Source: a virus
DNA: 64,000 nucleotides
Reading direction: 5' to 3' (one strand)
Virus record (IMG/VR): IMGVR_UViG_3300023179_000026
Span: 32,001-96,000 of that record
Shown piece after piece: positions 46,168 to 56,702 of the stretch (the first letter of the stretch is position 1; every line of letters starts with the position of its first letter). The notes under the pieces were generated by a model. The model was not told where the DNA came from. It worked only from the letters and a program-made list of their open reading frames with translations, and did no database searches. Made by a program: the position numbers and the translations under genes.

Positions 46168-48217
46168 TATTTTTACCTTCTAGCATATTTTTTTGTGCTT
46201 CATGACCTTCCATATACTCTGCTACATCTTTAATAAGTTCATCAGCACGTGTGATATGGTCTGAGACCCAACCTGGCAAGCCTTGTCCTTCACTTCTACC
46301 TTTAATTATCTTAGCAAGTGACATTGCATTTTTAATGGTAGATAATAAACTATTTACTGCCATTGATACTTCATGGTCAGGTTCCATGCGCTTAGCTTTA
46401 ACTACATCACCACGCATACGCATCTTACCAGGCATTACTATGAGGTCTTGTTCATTTAATCCTTCTTCATCAGAATATTGTGCATCACGTAATGCATCTT
46501 CAAAAATTTCATCTAATCCATAAATTGCACTTTCTAATTCATGCTTAGCTTCATAAACACGGCTATTATGATAATTAAAATCATCCATGTCTAAGTTATA
46601 AGTTTTTATTAGTTCTTCAATTTCTACCATAATTTCATTTACGGTATTATCGTATGCAATTCCTTTAGTAATTTTTCTAGCTTGCATTAAGGCACGTTCT
46701 AAATCATCTGCACGACCTTCGTTAATACTTTCGTTCTTAGATTTGTTACCCCAATTTTTTGCACCTGCTTTACGACATTTAACTAAAGCACCACTAGCAT
46801 ATGCACTAGGCCAAATTTTATAACGACTTTTTACCTTATGGTAGCATGCATCTTTTTTACCTTCAGTAAATAATGCTTCACTGACCATTTCACCATTACA
46901 TTGTGGGCAAATACCTTCTTTGACATAATATTCAAGACTTTCATTCTTAGTCTTGTTGCTTACCATATCAGCTTTACCTTGACGTTGCGGGTTTGGATCT
47001 TCACGGCGTTTTTTACGTACTGCTGCTGCAATAGCTTTTTTACCACCACTAGCACGTAATGATGCTGCCTTTTCTTTACTTAAGCATTTTGGTTTACCTT
47101 CACCTGCTTTACGTTCGCCACACTTACCAATACGCTCACCTTTAGTATTGTAACGATCCCATCCACCGCCACCTGCGCCACCTTCACCACCTTTGCCAAA
47201 CCATGCACGTAAATCTTCGCTTAATTGTTCAGCAATTTCACCTTCACTAAATTCTTTGCCAACAAGTTTATTACCTGTAACACCTTGAATAAGTGCCCAT
47301 GCACGTTGGAATTCTTTTTCTTTAATTAATTGGTTTAGTATTTCTTTTTGACGTGGATCTGCCATTTTAAAGAATTTAACCATTTCCATTGCACCGATAT
47401 TACCTTCATAACCTAGTTCCATCAATGCTTCTTCATTAGTATGAGATTGGTATTCATCATAATCCATATACATATCGGTATCACGATCATAATACTTACC
47501 TTCTTTAGGATCGTAATAAACAATCTTACCTGATTTTAAACGAAATGGTCCTTCTAACCCTTGGTCTGACATATCTGTATAACGTTCTTTATCAATTGGA
47601 GTTGATATTTTCCAACTTTCCTCTACATTTTGCTCTTTGTTGAAAAATGATACTTTTGGCAAACGGTTAAGTGCCCTAGAGAACCCGACAACAGATTGGT
47701 TGCGTTTTTCTGCAGGGCGTTTAGTTGGGTTCATGTCGTGCTTTTGTGCGTCTGCGGCAACTGCTTTGGCGTAACGTAAAACAGTAGCAGGTGACAGTTC
47801 ATTTATTTGGTTATCGCCTTCCCCCACACCTTCTTTCCTAATACCAAGTGTACCCGCAGGATTACCTCCACCAAACATACTAGCAAATGCATCGCTTGCT
47901 TGTTGTTTAGTATCTGCTTTTTGTTGTTTTTTTACTTCTTTCTTACTCGTAACCTTTTTAAGCATTGTTTTAAACTTATCATCATCTGTTGTTGGAGTAG
48001 TAGCTTCTGCCACAGTCTTTTTCTTTTTGCTACCTGCCCAATTACCCCACTCTGAAACACCACGCTCTACACTATTCATGTATTTTTTACCACTATCTGC
48101 AGTCTCATCCGTTTTTTCACGTTTGACTGTTTCTTTGAATAATGGTGTGGCAACAGTAGCAACTGAACCTGCTGTCATTTCATTAATTTTATCTAAGGTT
48201 TTACGAATATCTGACAT
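46154..48217 (-). CDS. Modular polyprotein, probably virion-internal (includes a DUF5872-like PSAYASG module)
   Basis: Unrelated short modules separated by xxE motifs; TAAATA at 48240-48245. Confidence 0.7.
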   Translation of the reverse strand: MSDIRKTLDKINEMTAGSVATVATPLFKETVKREKTDETADSGKKYMNSVERGVSEWGNWAGSKKKKTVAEATTPTTDDDKFKTMLKKVTSKKEVKKQQKADTKQQASDAFASMFGGGNPAGTLGIRKEGVGEGDNQINELSPATVLRYAKAVAADAQKHDMNPTKRPAEKRNQSVVGFSRALNRLPKVSFFNKEQNVEESWKISTPIDKERYTDMSDQGLEGPFRLKSGKIVYYDPKEGKYYDRDTDMYMDYDEYQSHTNEEALMELGYEGNIGAMEMVKFFKMADPRQKEILNQLIKEKEFQRAWALIQGVTGNKLVGKEFSEGEIAEQLSEDLRAWFGKGGEGGAGGGGWDRYNTKGERIGKCGERKAGEGKPKCLSKEKAASLRASGGKKAIAAAVRKKRREDPNPQRQGKADMVSNKTKNESLEYYVKEGICPQCNGEMVSEALFTEGKKDACYHKVKSRYKIWPSAYASGALVKCRKAGAKNWGNKSKNESINEGRADDLERALMQARKITKGIAYDNTVNEIMVEIEELIKTYNLDMDDFNYHNSRVYEAKHELESAIYGLDEIFEDALRDAQYSDEEGLNEQDLIVMPGKMRMRGDVVKAKRMEPDHEVSMAVNSLLSTIKNAMSLAKIIKGRSEGQGLPGWVSDHITRADELIKDVAEYMEGHEAQKNMLEGKNNVKR

Positions 48218-48261
48218 GATGGAATTCCATAATATCTAGTATTTATTCGCTATGAATTAAT

Positions 48262-49671
48262 TTAGAACTTACCTGATGGCTTTGCTATAGGTGGTATACC
48301 ACTACGTTTAATCTTACCTAAACCTAATTTTATAGCATTTTGTCTAATACTATCAGGTTTTATATCAACGGTTAATGCTGTTTTAAAACGTGGGTCATCT
48401 TTTTCTGTTTCACTAGGGATATATCCTGAAGCCTCATTAACATTAAATGTAGGATCCACTTTTTGACGTTTCATTCCTTTAGGTTGGTTAGGATCAATCG
48501 GGTCAATATCAGTAGTGGTTAAACCTGTTGCCTCTAAATCTTTTATATACTTGTGCTCCGTATCTTCATCACCAAATGACAATATGGTGCTAGGTGGTCC
48601 TTTTCCAAAATCATGCTTACCTAAACCTTTCATATTACTAATATGTTGTCCTAACTTATACCAATCATATACATCACTTACATCTACCCTAACCGTACCT
48701 TTTGGCATTGTGGGTTTAAACTCAGGACCAGGTGGCACTCCATTAGGGTCATAATCATCACGTAATTTACTATAATGTTTTCTATTTTTAGCCAAGTTTT
48801 TATATGCCATTTCAGTAGCTAAACTACGCACACTAGTATTTGCCATTTCAAACTTAATACCACGCTTTAGTTCACTAATGATATCATTTCTACTACAACC
48901 ATGCATCTTTGCTAATTCACTAATGCTATATATAGGTTGTTCAACATTTTTACCAACCTTTTGCTCCATACTCATTTTTTCACTATGTATTTCATTATAA
49001 GTATCACGCAAACGATGCAATAAACCACTTGTACGGAATGCTTTAAATGCTATATTTTCAGGTGAAAACTCACCTTGCAAATCCAACCCTGCTTTTCTAT
49101 ATTTTCTAATTGTATCTAGTAAGTCTTGAATTTTGTCCATATCTCTAGCTTGTAATGCTAGTTCAGCTACTTGTGCTAATTTTTCAAACTTTAACTTACT
49201 TGCAGGTTCATTAATATCAGCAACTCGTTTAGTTGGAAATTTTATCCAACGATCTTTTAATACGCTGTATTCACCACGACTGACAACAGGGTCAGCAGTA
49301 TCTTGTACGTAAAGTTCTACTTCATACCCACCAATAGTAATATCATGCTGCATGTTCCACAATATTTTCTTAGCATGAAAAAGTTCAGAATAAATCTCAA
49401 TGTTTTTTAACTTATCTATATCAACAAGTATATGTAAATCTATATCGCTATGTGATGTATAGGTATATGAAGCATTACTACCACTTAGTGTAATATCTTT
49501 TACATCTATATTATTCACACCGAGATGTTCCATAAAATCATCTGCAATTTCTAATAATCGGTCACGCACAGCAGGAATCATGTGTTCATCCCTAAAAATA
49601 GCAGGATTTAATTCATCATGAAATTGCACTGCATTTGTTAATTTGAAATTTTCAAGTTCTTTTAAGTTCAT
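48262..49671 (-). CDS. Pol-beta-family nucleotidyltransferase fused to extra modules
   Basis: LSGSNASY..SDIDLH, VELYVQD; then a DUF5661-like ELKRGIKFE module; TAAATA just upstream. Confidence 0.72.
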   Translation of the reverse strand: MNLKELENFKLTNAVQFHDELNPAIFRDEHMIPAVRDRLLEIADDFMEHLGVNNIDVKDITLSGSNASYTYTSHSDIDLHILVDIDKLKNIEIYSELFHAKKILWNMQHDITIGGYEVELYVQDTADPVVSRGEYSVLKDRWIKFPTKRVADINEPASKLKFEKLAQVAELALQARDMDKIQDLLDTIRKYRKAGLDLQGEFSPENIAFKAFRTSGLLHRLRDTYNEIHSEKMSMEQKVGKNVEQPIYSISELAKMHGCSRNDIISELKRGIKFEMANTSVRSLATEMAYKNLAKNRKHYSKLRDDYDPNGVPPGPEFKPTMPKGTVRVDVSDVYDWYKLGQHISNMKGLGKHDFGKGPPSTILSFGDEDTEHKYIKDLEATGLTTTDIDPIDPNQPKGMKRQKVDPTFNVNEASGYIPSETEKDDPRFKTALTVDIKPDSIRQNAIKLGLGKIKRSGIPPIAKPSGKF

Positions 49672-49684
49672 AGATATATTTAGC

Positions 49685-49718
49685 AAAAAAACCGTGAGGA
49701 ATTTCTTCCATCACGGTT
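49685..49718 (-). terminator. Rho-independent terminator
   Basis: AACCGTGA.../...TCACGGTT followed by a T-run. Confidence 0.8.
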
Positions 49719-49738
49719 ATAAGTACAACAATTAAAAA

Positions 49739-50728
49739 TTAAGCTTTTTCGGGTTCTTTGCTGCTAGGATCAATAGCTGCATGTGTATCTAATGCAGGGT
49801 TGACCGTAGTTGGTTTATAGGGAACTTCTTTTACTGAAGAATCTATAATAGTTACTTTACCATTTTGTTCCATAGCACCAACAAAAGCAGGTCCGATATG
49901 ATTAAACAAGTATTCTTGATTTTCCATGCAAAACACATATGAACCACTATGACGTAGCAATACTCGTTTATCAACCCAAATACGTCCACCTAAGTCACGC
50001 CAATTTTCACACATTGTCCAATCTTCACTATAATAACGATTTTGACGAACCGCAGTATCAAAAAATGTAGCTAAATGTTGGTCATAAACAGGATCTAAAC
50101 CAATATCATTTTTGTAAGGTTTTACAGCAGGATGCTTTTTAAGTTTTTCAAACACATGACGTTTTGTTAATAGAAAACCTGTACCTGCTTTACTTACTTC
50201 TTGTAGCCCATCAGCACCTTCTTCCGCACCTTCAAAACCATTAACCACCCATTTAATGGGCATAGTTTTCATAGGGTATAAACCACCAATCACGTCTACA
50301 TTACGATTTAACAATACTAGTAAGTGCCATGGTTCCCAACCAATATCAGCATCAACAAAAAACAAATGTGTAGAATCTTTTTGATGTAAAAATTTAGCAG
50401 TTAATGTGTTACGTGCTCTGCTGATAAGTGATTCATTAACCATGGTTTCTAATGTCCAATCCACCCCAAGCTGACGTGCGGTATTGGCAAACTTGATAAA
50501 TGACATAAAGGTAGATTCAGTCAACATACCGCCATAGCATGGCATTGCCACGTGCGCTTTTGTAGTACGCAAGAAATCTACGTTTACTTGTACTTGTCCT
50601 TGTTGTGGGGCTGCGGCTTTTTTAGCCTCTTCTTCGGAAACTGTACCACCAATGCTTGCAGCTTGTGATGCTTTATCAGCAAGCTCTTGTACAGCTTCTA
50701 CGGGAATTTTTGCTTGTTCTGTTGTCAT
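49739..50728 (-). CDS. GT-A fold glycosyltransferase-like protein, paralogue of 42669..43370
   Basis: AMPCYGG, SLISRARN, HLFFVDADI, GTGFLL, SEDW.MC; GAGG RBS. Confidence 0.8.
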   Translation of the reverse strand: MTTEQAKIPVEAVQELADKASQAASIGGTVSEEEAKKAAAPQQGQVQVNVDFLRTTKAHVAMPCYGGMLTESTFMSFIKFANTARQLGVDWTLETMVNESLISRARNTLTAKFLHQKDSTHLFFVDADIGWEPWHLLVLLNRNVDVIGGLYPMKTMPIKWVVNGFEGAEEGADGLQEVSKAGTGFLLTKRHVFEKLKKHPAVKPYKNDIGLDPVYDQHLATFFDTAVRQNRYYSEDWTMCENWRDLGGRIWVDKRVLLRHSGSYVFCMENQEYLFNHIGPAFVGAMEQNGKVTIIDSSVKEVPYKPTTVNPALDTHAAIDPSSKEPEKA

Positions 50729-50780
50729 ATTGATCCTCAAAAATATGTAAGGATATTTACACAGAAAAAATGAGGTGAAA

Positions 50781-50954
50781 TTATTTTTCTTCTAGATAGT
50801 CAGTGTTTTGTTTATTTTCTTGAACTAACATTCTTTTGTTTTGACGTAAAGCTTCACGAATTAAATGCATAAGACGTAACTTTTGCTCAGGTGTTGCACT
50901 GCTCAAAAGTGGTTTAGTTTCATGGATTAATTTTGCTAAAGCTTCTTTTTTCAT
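50781..50954 (-). CDS. Small protein (57 aa, not in the ORF track)
   Basis: MKKEALAKLIHETKPLLSSATPEQKLRL...DYLEEK. Confidence 0.7.
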   Translation of the reverse strand: MKKEALAKLIHETKPLLSSATPEQKLRLMHLIREALRQNKRMLVQENKQNTDYLEEK

Positions 50955-50955
50955 A

Positions 50956-51294
50956 TTAGTACACTATAGAAATATTTATGATTCCGCTTGTAAAAGTGGT
51001 TGCTTTGCCTCGCATCCAAATCCAATTACCTGTTATACTTTGTGGAGCAGCATTTGAAAAATCAATGGTGATAAGATCAACCCAATCTTTTTCCGCACTT
51101 GGCAATGGTACTAAAGAACCTTGTATGACAACATTACCTGTTACCGCACCTGTATTAGAATAATTTACAGTAGTAACATAGGTAGGACGTAAGAAATAAG
51201 ATACGCCCTGAACTTTGTCACCTGTCCATGTTCCACTGATGTTAGCCCCGTTTACTGCATTGGCTATGGTTTCAGTTGTTGATACCAATGCCAT
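50956..51294 (-). CDS. Hypothetical beta-rich protein, probably structural
   Basis: 112 aa, coupled. Confidence 0.7.
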   Translation of the reverse strand: MALVSTTETIANAVNGANISGTWTGDKVQGVSYFLRPTYVTTVNYSNTGAVTGNVVIQGSLVPLPSAEKDWVDLITIDFSNAAPQSITGNWIWMRGKATTFTSGIINISIVY

Positions 51295-51461
51295 TATTGT
51301 GTTTCCACTTCAACAATAACACTATCACCTAATAGTTCTTGAACAATGTCTTCTAAGTTATTAGTAAAATCACTATTAGTTAAAGGTGGTGCTGATTTAT
51401 CACTTTCCTTTACCAATCTACTTAAACGTATAAGTACGACTTCTTCATGAATCTTAGCCAT
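51294..51461 (-). CDS. Small protein (55 aa, not in the ORF track)
   Basis: MAKIHEEVVLIRLSRLVK...VIVEVETQ; GGAGG RBS and TAAATA upstream. Confidence 0.75.
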   Translation of the reverse strand: MAKIHEEVVLIRLSRLVKESDKSAPPLTNSDFTNNLEDIVQELLGDSVIVEVETQ

Positions 51462-51481
51462 AAAAGCCTCCTGTTATATAT

Positions 51482-52165
51482 TTATGCTGCTACAGGAGGT
51501 TTTTGTATTGCATATTCCTTTTTAATATGTTGGTAAAAGTGCATGTAATAAATTGACTGATATGCTTCATTATCATAATCAAAAAACAAATTACCATCAT
51601 TCCATCTTCCTGCTTTACCTCTAGTATCCCAATGTAAGAAAAAATTTAGATTTGCTGATGGGAAAAAAAGATTTTGGTGTTTGAGAAAAAAGTCACGTAA
51701 TTCAATTATCTCATCCGAACTGTATACCTTACTTTTAAAATACACCCTAAATTGATGTTTTGGGTTTTTATGATATATAACTTCTTTTGGTCTAGAGTAT
51801 GTATGTAATACTTCTTGAACCGTTGTAGGTTGATTTAAAATCTTAGCAAGTTCTTCTACAATATCATATCTTGTTGAATATACAGTAATAGAATTACGAT
51901 GTGTTAAGATTTTAAAGTTTCCAATATTTTCACCTTTCCACACAAGAACTTTTCTAAGTTCTATTAAATTATTAGCATATTTGATACGGATATTAGAACG
52001 TTCTAATTCACGATCAACATGACTGATATCGTACCATCGATGTAATCCAACTTGTTCTAAATTAAATTCAACCTTATATTTGTACTTGTCATACCAAAGC
52101 CAATTTTGCTTAGTATTTTGAACAAGCGTTGTATAACTAAACCCTGATAATACCATCTGTTCCAA
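51482..52165 (-). CDS. Hypothetical protein
   Basis: 227 aa, overlapping the clpA end. Confidence 0.7.
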   Translation of the reverse strand: MEQMVLSGFSYTTLVQNTKQNWLWYDKYKYKVEFNLEQVGLHRWYDISHVDRELERSNIRIKYANNLIELRKVLVWKGENIGNFKILTHRNSITVYSTRYDIVEELAKILNQPTTVQEVLHTYSRPKEVIYHKNPKHQFRVYFKSKVYSSDEIIELRDFFLKHQNLFFPSANLNFFLHWDTRGKAGRWNDGNLFFDYDNEAYQSIYYMHFYQHIKKEYAIQKPPVAA

Positions 52166-54413
52166 TTATGTCATACTTTTCTATTCTATTTTCTACATTA
52201 AACTCAATTTCTGAACCATTATAATGTACCTGAATGATTGCATCTTTTACACGTTCAAACAGTATCTTCTTACTAATTGGTACTCTAATTAATTCATCAA
52301 TTTTTCTAGCTAATGGTCTAGCACCCATCTTGTCATCATAACCAACCTTAGCAATATGTTCAACTGCTTGCTCACTCAAATTCAGTGTAATCTTATGCTG
52401 ATTAAACAATTGTGTTTTAAGCTCATTAACAAACTTGATAACAATTTTCTTAATTGCTAGTGTGTCTAGTTTCTTAAATTTGCAAATTAAGTCAATACGA
52501 TTACGTAACTCAGGCTTGAAGAATTCTTTCATTGCTTTATCATCTTCACCTGTTTTTACATTTGACCCAAAACCAATGTTATTACGCTCACTATCACGTG
52601 CTCCTAAATTACTTGTCATGATAATAATTGTATTTTTAGCATCAACTGTTTTACCATTAGTGCTAGATATTCTTCCTTCATCTAACAATTGTAAAAATAA
52701 GTTATAAACATCAGGGTGTGCTTTTTCAACCTCATCAAACAGTAAGATAGAATATGGGTTTTTACTTAAATCATTGATAATCTTTCCACCACCTAAATTA
52801 CCTTCACCATACCCAACATACCCAGGAGGTGCCCCAATCAACGCAGCTACACTGTGCTTTTCTTGATATTCACTCATATCATAACGTAATAGTGGCATGT
52901 TAAGATGTTCGCTTAATAGTCTTGCTGTTTCTGTTTTACCACTTCCTGTTGGTCCTAAAAACAAGAAGCTTGCCATAGGTTTCTTTTCATTAGAAATACC
53001 TGCAAAACTAACGTAAATACGTTCTAAAATTTGTTCAATTGTATTGTCTTGTCCATACAATTTTTCTTTAATATTTGCATCTAGGTTAATCATTCGTTCT
53101 GAAGAATCATTGGTTAGTTTATCAGCAGATACATTACACATTCTAGTAACTTGTTCTTTAATATTATCTTCACCAATAATAGCACCAACGTTGTTTAATG
53201 TACGTTGTTTAGCACAAGCAGCATCAAGTAAATCAATAGATTTATCAGGATTTTTACGATCATGAATATACCTTGCACTCATGGTTACTGACTCTTTAAT
53301 AGCTTTGTCAGTAATAACTACTTGGTGAAACTTTTGTAAACGATCACTCAAGCCTGTTAAAATCTTGATAGTTGTTTCCGTAGTAGGTTCATCAATGCTA
53401 ACACGATAAAAACGGCGCATCAGAGCACGATCTTTTTCAAATGATTCGTAATATTCTTCCCATGTTGTACTAGCAATTACTTTTAAGTTACCTTTAGTAA
53501 TAGCAGGTTTAAGCATGTTAGCAAAATCAACCGTAGTACCACTGCTATTACCACTACCTCGCATGGTATGTGCTTCATCAATAAACAGTATAGCCTTTGG
53601 TTTGCTAGCAAGTGCTTCCAATACTTGTTTAACTTTTTCTTCAAAATCACCACGATATTTACTACCTGCTAATAGTGAACCAATTTCAAGTGAATATACT
53701 TGATGATCATATAAAAATAATGGTACTTGCTTGTCTAATATTTTTTGTGCTAATCCTTCAGCTAGGATAGTTTTTCCAACACCTGGGTCGCCAACAAGTA
53801 GTACATTAGACTTGAATCGTTTAGCTAATACATTAACAATGTCATCAACTTCTTTCTCTCGTCCAATAAGTGGTTCAAGCTTGTTACGTTCAGCAAGGTC
53901 ACTAAGATTAGTTGTATATTCTTCTAATACTTCATTAGCTTGTTGTTCAGTCATTTTTCCGTTTTTACCACCACGATGCGCTTTATTCCAATAAGCAAGG
54001 AATTCTGCCCTGCTTACACCCCATTTTAATAAGAAATAGTGAGCATGACTATTGGTTTCTTGTAAAATTGACACGTAAATATCAATCAATTCAATTTGTC
54101 TGCGTCCTTGAAATAATACTTGTGTTACTGCTCGATTAAAAACACGGTCTAAACTATGTGTTTTTTTAGGTGAAATAGGTGAACCATCTTCATTAGGTTC
54201 AACTTTAATGTTTGTCATAGAATCTAAGTAAGTATCAACTTCTTGAATAAGGTTTTCAGTATCCACACCGAATTCATCTAAGTGAGTACGAAATGAATCG
54301 TAAGTAATTAAACTAAGTAAAGCATGCTCTAAGGTAACATAAGCATGATTTTTACTTTTGGCTATTTCAATAGCATGTTCGATTAATTTTTCGATTTCAG
54401 GGTTATTCTGCAT
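52137..54413 (-). CDS. clpA: ClpA-type AAA+ protease subunit
   Basis: Clp N-domain, GDPGVGKT, IDEAH, GPTGSGKT, FDEVEKAH, IGF ClpP-binding loop, no ClpB middle domain. Confidence 0.9.
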   Translation of the reverse strand: MQNNPEIEKLIEHAIEIAKSKNHAYVTLEHALLSLITYDSFRTHLDEFGVDTENLIQEVDTYLDSMTNIKVEPNEDGSPISPKKTHSLDRVFNRAVTQVLFQGRRQIELIDIYVSILQETNSHAHYFLLKWGVSRAEFLAYWNKAHRGGKNGKMTEQQANEVLEEYTTNLSDLAERNKLEPLIGREKEVDDIVNVLAKRFKSNVLLVGDPGVGKTILAEGLAQKILDKQVPLFLYDHQVYSLEIGSLLAGSKYRGDFEEKVKQVLEALASKPKAILFIDEAHTMRGSGNSSGTTVDFANMLKPAITKGNLKVIASTTWEEYYESFEKDRALMRRFYRVSIDEPTTETTIKILTGLSDRLQKFHQVVITDKAIKESVTMSARYIHDRKNPDKSIDLLDAACAKQRTLNNVGAIIGEDNIKEQVTRMCNVSADKLTNDSSERMINLDANIKEKLYGQDNTIEQILERIYVSFAGISNEKKPMASFLFLGPTGSGKTETARLLSEHLNMPLLRYDMSEYQEKHSVAALIGAPPGYVGYGEGNLGGGKIINDLSKNPYSILLFDEVEKAHPDVYNLFLQLLDEGRISSTNGKTVDAKNTIIIMTSNLGARDSERNNIGFGSNVKTGEDDKAMKEFFKPELRNRIDLICKFKKLDTLAIKKIVIKFVNELKTQLFNQHKITLNLSEQAVEHIAKVGYDDKMGARPLARKIDELIRVPISKKILFERVKDAIIQVHYNGSEIEFNVENRIEKYDIIGTDGIIRV

Positions 54414-54846
54414 TATTATTTTCCTTTTTTCTATCATGCATTGTCATACCATCTAAATGGTCTACTTCATGTTGAACTACTCTTGCTTCAAGATTCATAA
54501 ATTCTTCCGTTAAAAAATTACCATATGCGTCTTGGTACGATAGCACAACCTTTTCAGGTCTGTCAAGTTCAACCGATTCATTAGGATAACTTAAACATCC
54601 CTCCAAATATGGCACCTTATTTTCACTATATGACATAATGGTTGGATTAAAAAATACCTTTGGGTTATGGTCAACATCCATTACAAACATACGGTAGCGT
54701 AAACCTACTTGATTAGCAGCAAGTCCAACACCTCCACTAACATGCATAAACTGTAGCATTTCTTTAGCTAGTTGTTCATTTTGTAGTGGATATTTAAAAT
54801 CTATTGGTTTTGTTTTTAAATGTAGTACACGTTTAGTTAACTTCAT
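54403..54846 (-). CDS. def: Peptide deformylase
   Basis: [22 protein letters not shown]. Confidence 0.95.
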   Translation of the reverse strand: MKLTKRVLHLKTKPIDFKYPLQNEQLAKEMLQFMHVSGGVGLAANQVGLRYRMFVMDVDHNPKVFFNPTIMSYSENKVPYLEGCLSYPNESVELDRPEKVVLSYQDAYGNFLTEEFMNLEARVVQHEVDHLDGMTMHDRKKENNNAE

Positions 54847-55634
54847 GTCGTATTTAATTTTTGTTCCTGTTCTAAAACTCTGATTAAATTGTCACTTATT
54901 TGTTCAGGTAAAACAGGTCGAAGTATAACATATTGATCCCCTGTGCCAACATTATTAGATAGACCATGCCCATTCAATCTTAATGTAGTATTTGGTTTAG
55001 TACGTGGTTGCACATTAATTTCCAATTCTTTACCGTAAATGGTAGGTATAATCATAGTTCTACCTATCACCAAATCAAATATACTAATATCTTGATGGTA
55101 GTATAAATCTAACATTCTACGTTCAAACAATGGGTGTCTATGTTGTCTAAAATTAACTTGGAGCGGTCCATCAGGCAGTAAGTTGTCATATCGCACTACT
55201 CCACCATCATCTATGCCTTTAGGAATTACAATTTCATATAATTTAGAACCTTGTGGTGTATTCAAATGTATTGGATGTTTATCACCATGAGCAATTTGCT
55301 CTAAGGTAACAAATACGGTGGCAGTATATATTCGCTGTTGTGGGGCACTTTGTTGTCTAAAAAATTGTCCAAAAATATCAGGAAACCCTGACCCAAAATG
55401 AAAATCAAAACCATTTTGTTGTGGATTAAAACCATTAAATTGTGGTGGTGGGTTATCATATTGAGCACGTTTTTGCGGGTCACTTAATGTATCATAAGCA
55501 GCTTGAATGGTTTGAAAACGTGCAGTATCACCACCACGATCAGGATGGTGTTGACTAGCTAATTTACGATATGCTTTTTTAATTTCATCAGGTGTGGCAT
55601 TTTTTGCCACACCCAATGTTTGATAATGGTCCAT
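54843..55634 (-). CDS. dnaJ: DnaJ/CbpA-type co-chaperone
   Basis: J domain with HPD, G/F-rich region, C-terminal domain, no zinc finger. Confidence 0.92.
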   Translation of the reverse strand: MDHYQTLGVAKNATPDEIKKAYRKLASQHHPDRGGDTARFQTIQAAYDTLSDPQKRAQYDNPPPQFNGFNPQQNGFDFHFGSGFPDIFGQFFRQQSAPQQRIYTATVFVTLEQIAHGDKHPIHLNTPQGSKLYEIVIPKGIDDGGVVRYDNLLPDGPLQVNFRQHRHPLFERRMLDLYYHQDISIFDLVIGRTMIIPTIYGKELEINVQPRTKPNTTLRLNGHGLSNNVGTGDQYVILRPVLPEQISDNLIRVLEQEQKLNTT

Positions 55635-55648
55635 CAGGATATTTAATA

Positions 55649-56149
55649 CTAGGCTTTACCTGCGATTTTTTCTTGACTTCTGCCATATGCAGTTACCCCT
55701 AAAACTGCACCCATTGCAATATGGTACAACCCTGCACCTTGTAGCGTAATTGGCATCCATTGACTATTGACTTGACCATGGCTTAGTGCTTGCAAAACAC
55801 TCCATAATATTGGAAATAATACAAAGTCTGCAAAACATGTTACCATATAGATAACACTCATCATGGGTCGCCAACGTTTGTTGATCCAATCTCCAAACTT
55901 ATCATCAGGTTTAATTAAAACTTCAGCAGGTCCGCTTTGCATTGCGCCACCTGGGTTTTTGAGAATTTCTGCTTGATTTGCTTGAGGTGGTGCTCCCCAT
56001 TGTTGTGCTGCTTTAAGATCATTTGGATCACTCCAACCATCTGTTTTTACACTTCTATCTTTTACTAAACGATCATGTGCTTCATCATTTAGAGCAAACC
56101 CCCTTTCATCATCACTACGTTGCGCTAATGTTAGTGTTGTTATAGGCAT
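55649..56149 (-). CDS. Membrane protein, possible 3-TM holin-like
   Basis: WRPMM..Y followed by hydrophobic segments, [15 protein letters not shown]. Confidence 0.55.
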   Translation of the reverse strand: MPITTLTLAQRSDDERGFALNDEAHDRLVKDRSVKTDGWSDPNDLKAAQQWGAPPQANQAEILKNPGGAMQSGPAEVLIKPDDKFGDWINKRWRPMMSVIYMVTCFADFVLFPILWSVLQALSHGQVNSQWMPITLQGAGLYHIAMGAVLGVTAYGRSQEKIAGKA

Positions 56150-56159
56150 TGTAAATTCC

Positions 56160-56702
56160 TTAGATTATTCCTGCTTGACGTTGCATTGCTATAATATCAG
56201 GATCTTCTGTTTTTTGTGTGCTTGCACTGATTCCCGCAATTGAACGCCACTCATTTAATTCTTCATCATGCTCTGCTGCATATTCTTTTGGACTAAGAGC
56301 TAGTTGTGATGTAATAAATTCTTCCGATGCATCACCTTTTTCATGGTTAATTTTTACTTTCCATTGATCCATTTTTAGTCCTGTTAATGTTTCTAAATCA
56401 GATATAAGTTCTACAATATGTTTGGGTGCTACCTTATTTCTTTCAATTTCAACAAATACTAAGAATTTTCCTTTAGCAACTTCGCCTGGGCTGCGGTCAG
56501 AATCTAATACCCAATTATATCCACGTTCAAACCATTCTACTAAATCACTAGCTGCATACTCATCCTTTACTGTAAAACTCAATGTAATAACATTTTTGTC
56601 TTTACCTACAGAAGATTTGTATACATCAACCCCAACTAATGGTAAAATTAAATTTTCCATGTCGAGGTATCCCAAACTTTCATTGATTATTTCTTTTTTC
56701 AT
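56160..56702 (-). CDS. Hypothetical protein
   Basis: 180 aa, coupled. Confidence 0.75.
   Translation of the reverse strand: MKKEIINESLGYLDMENLILPLVGVDVYKSSVGKDKNVITLSFTVKDEYAASDLVEWFERGYNWVLDSDRSPGEVAKGKFLVFVEIERNKVAPKHIVELISDLETLTGLKMDQWKVKINHEKGDASEEFITSQLALSPKEYAAEHDEELNEWRSIAGISASTQKTEDPDIIAMQRQAGII

Noticed and set aside
48219-48230. 12-bp palindrome ATGGAATTCCAT before the polyprotein start
   Set aside because: Single occurrence with no loop; could arise by chance in AT-rich DNA
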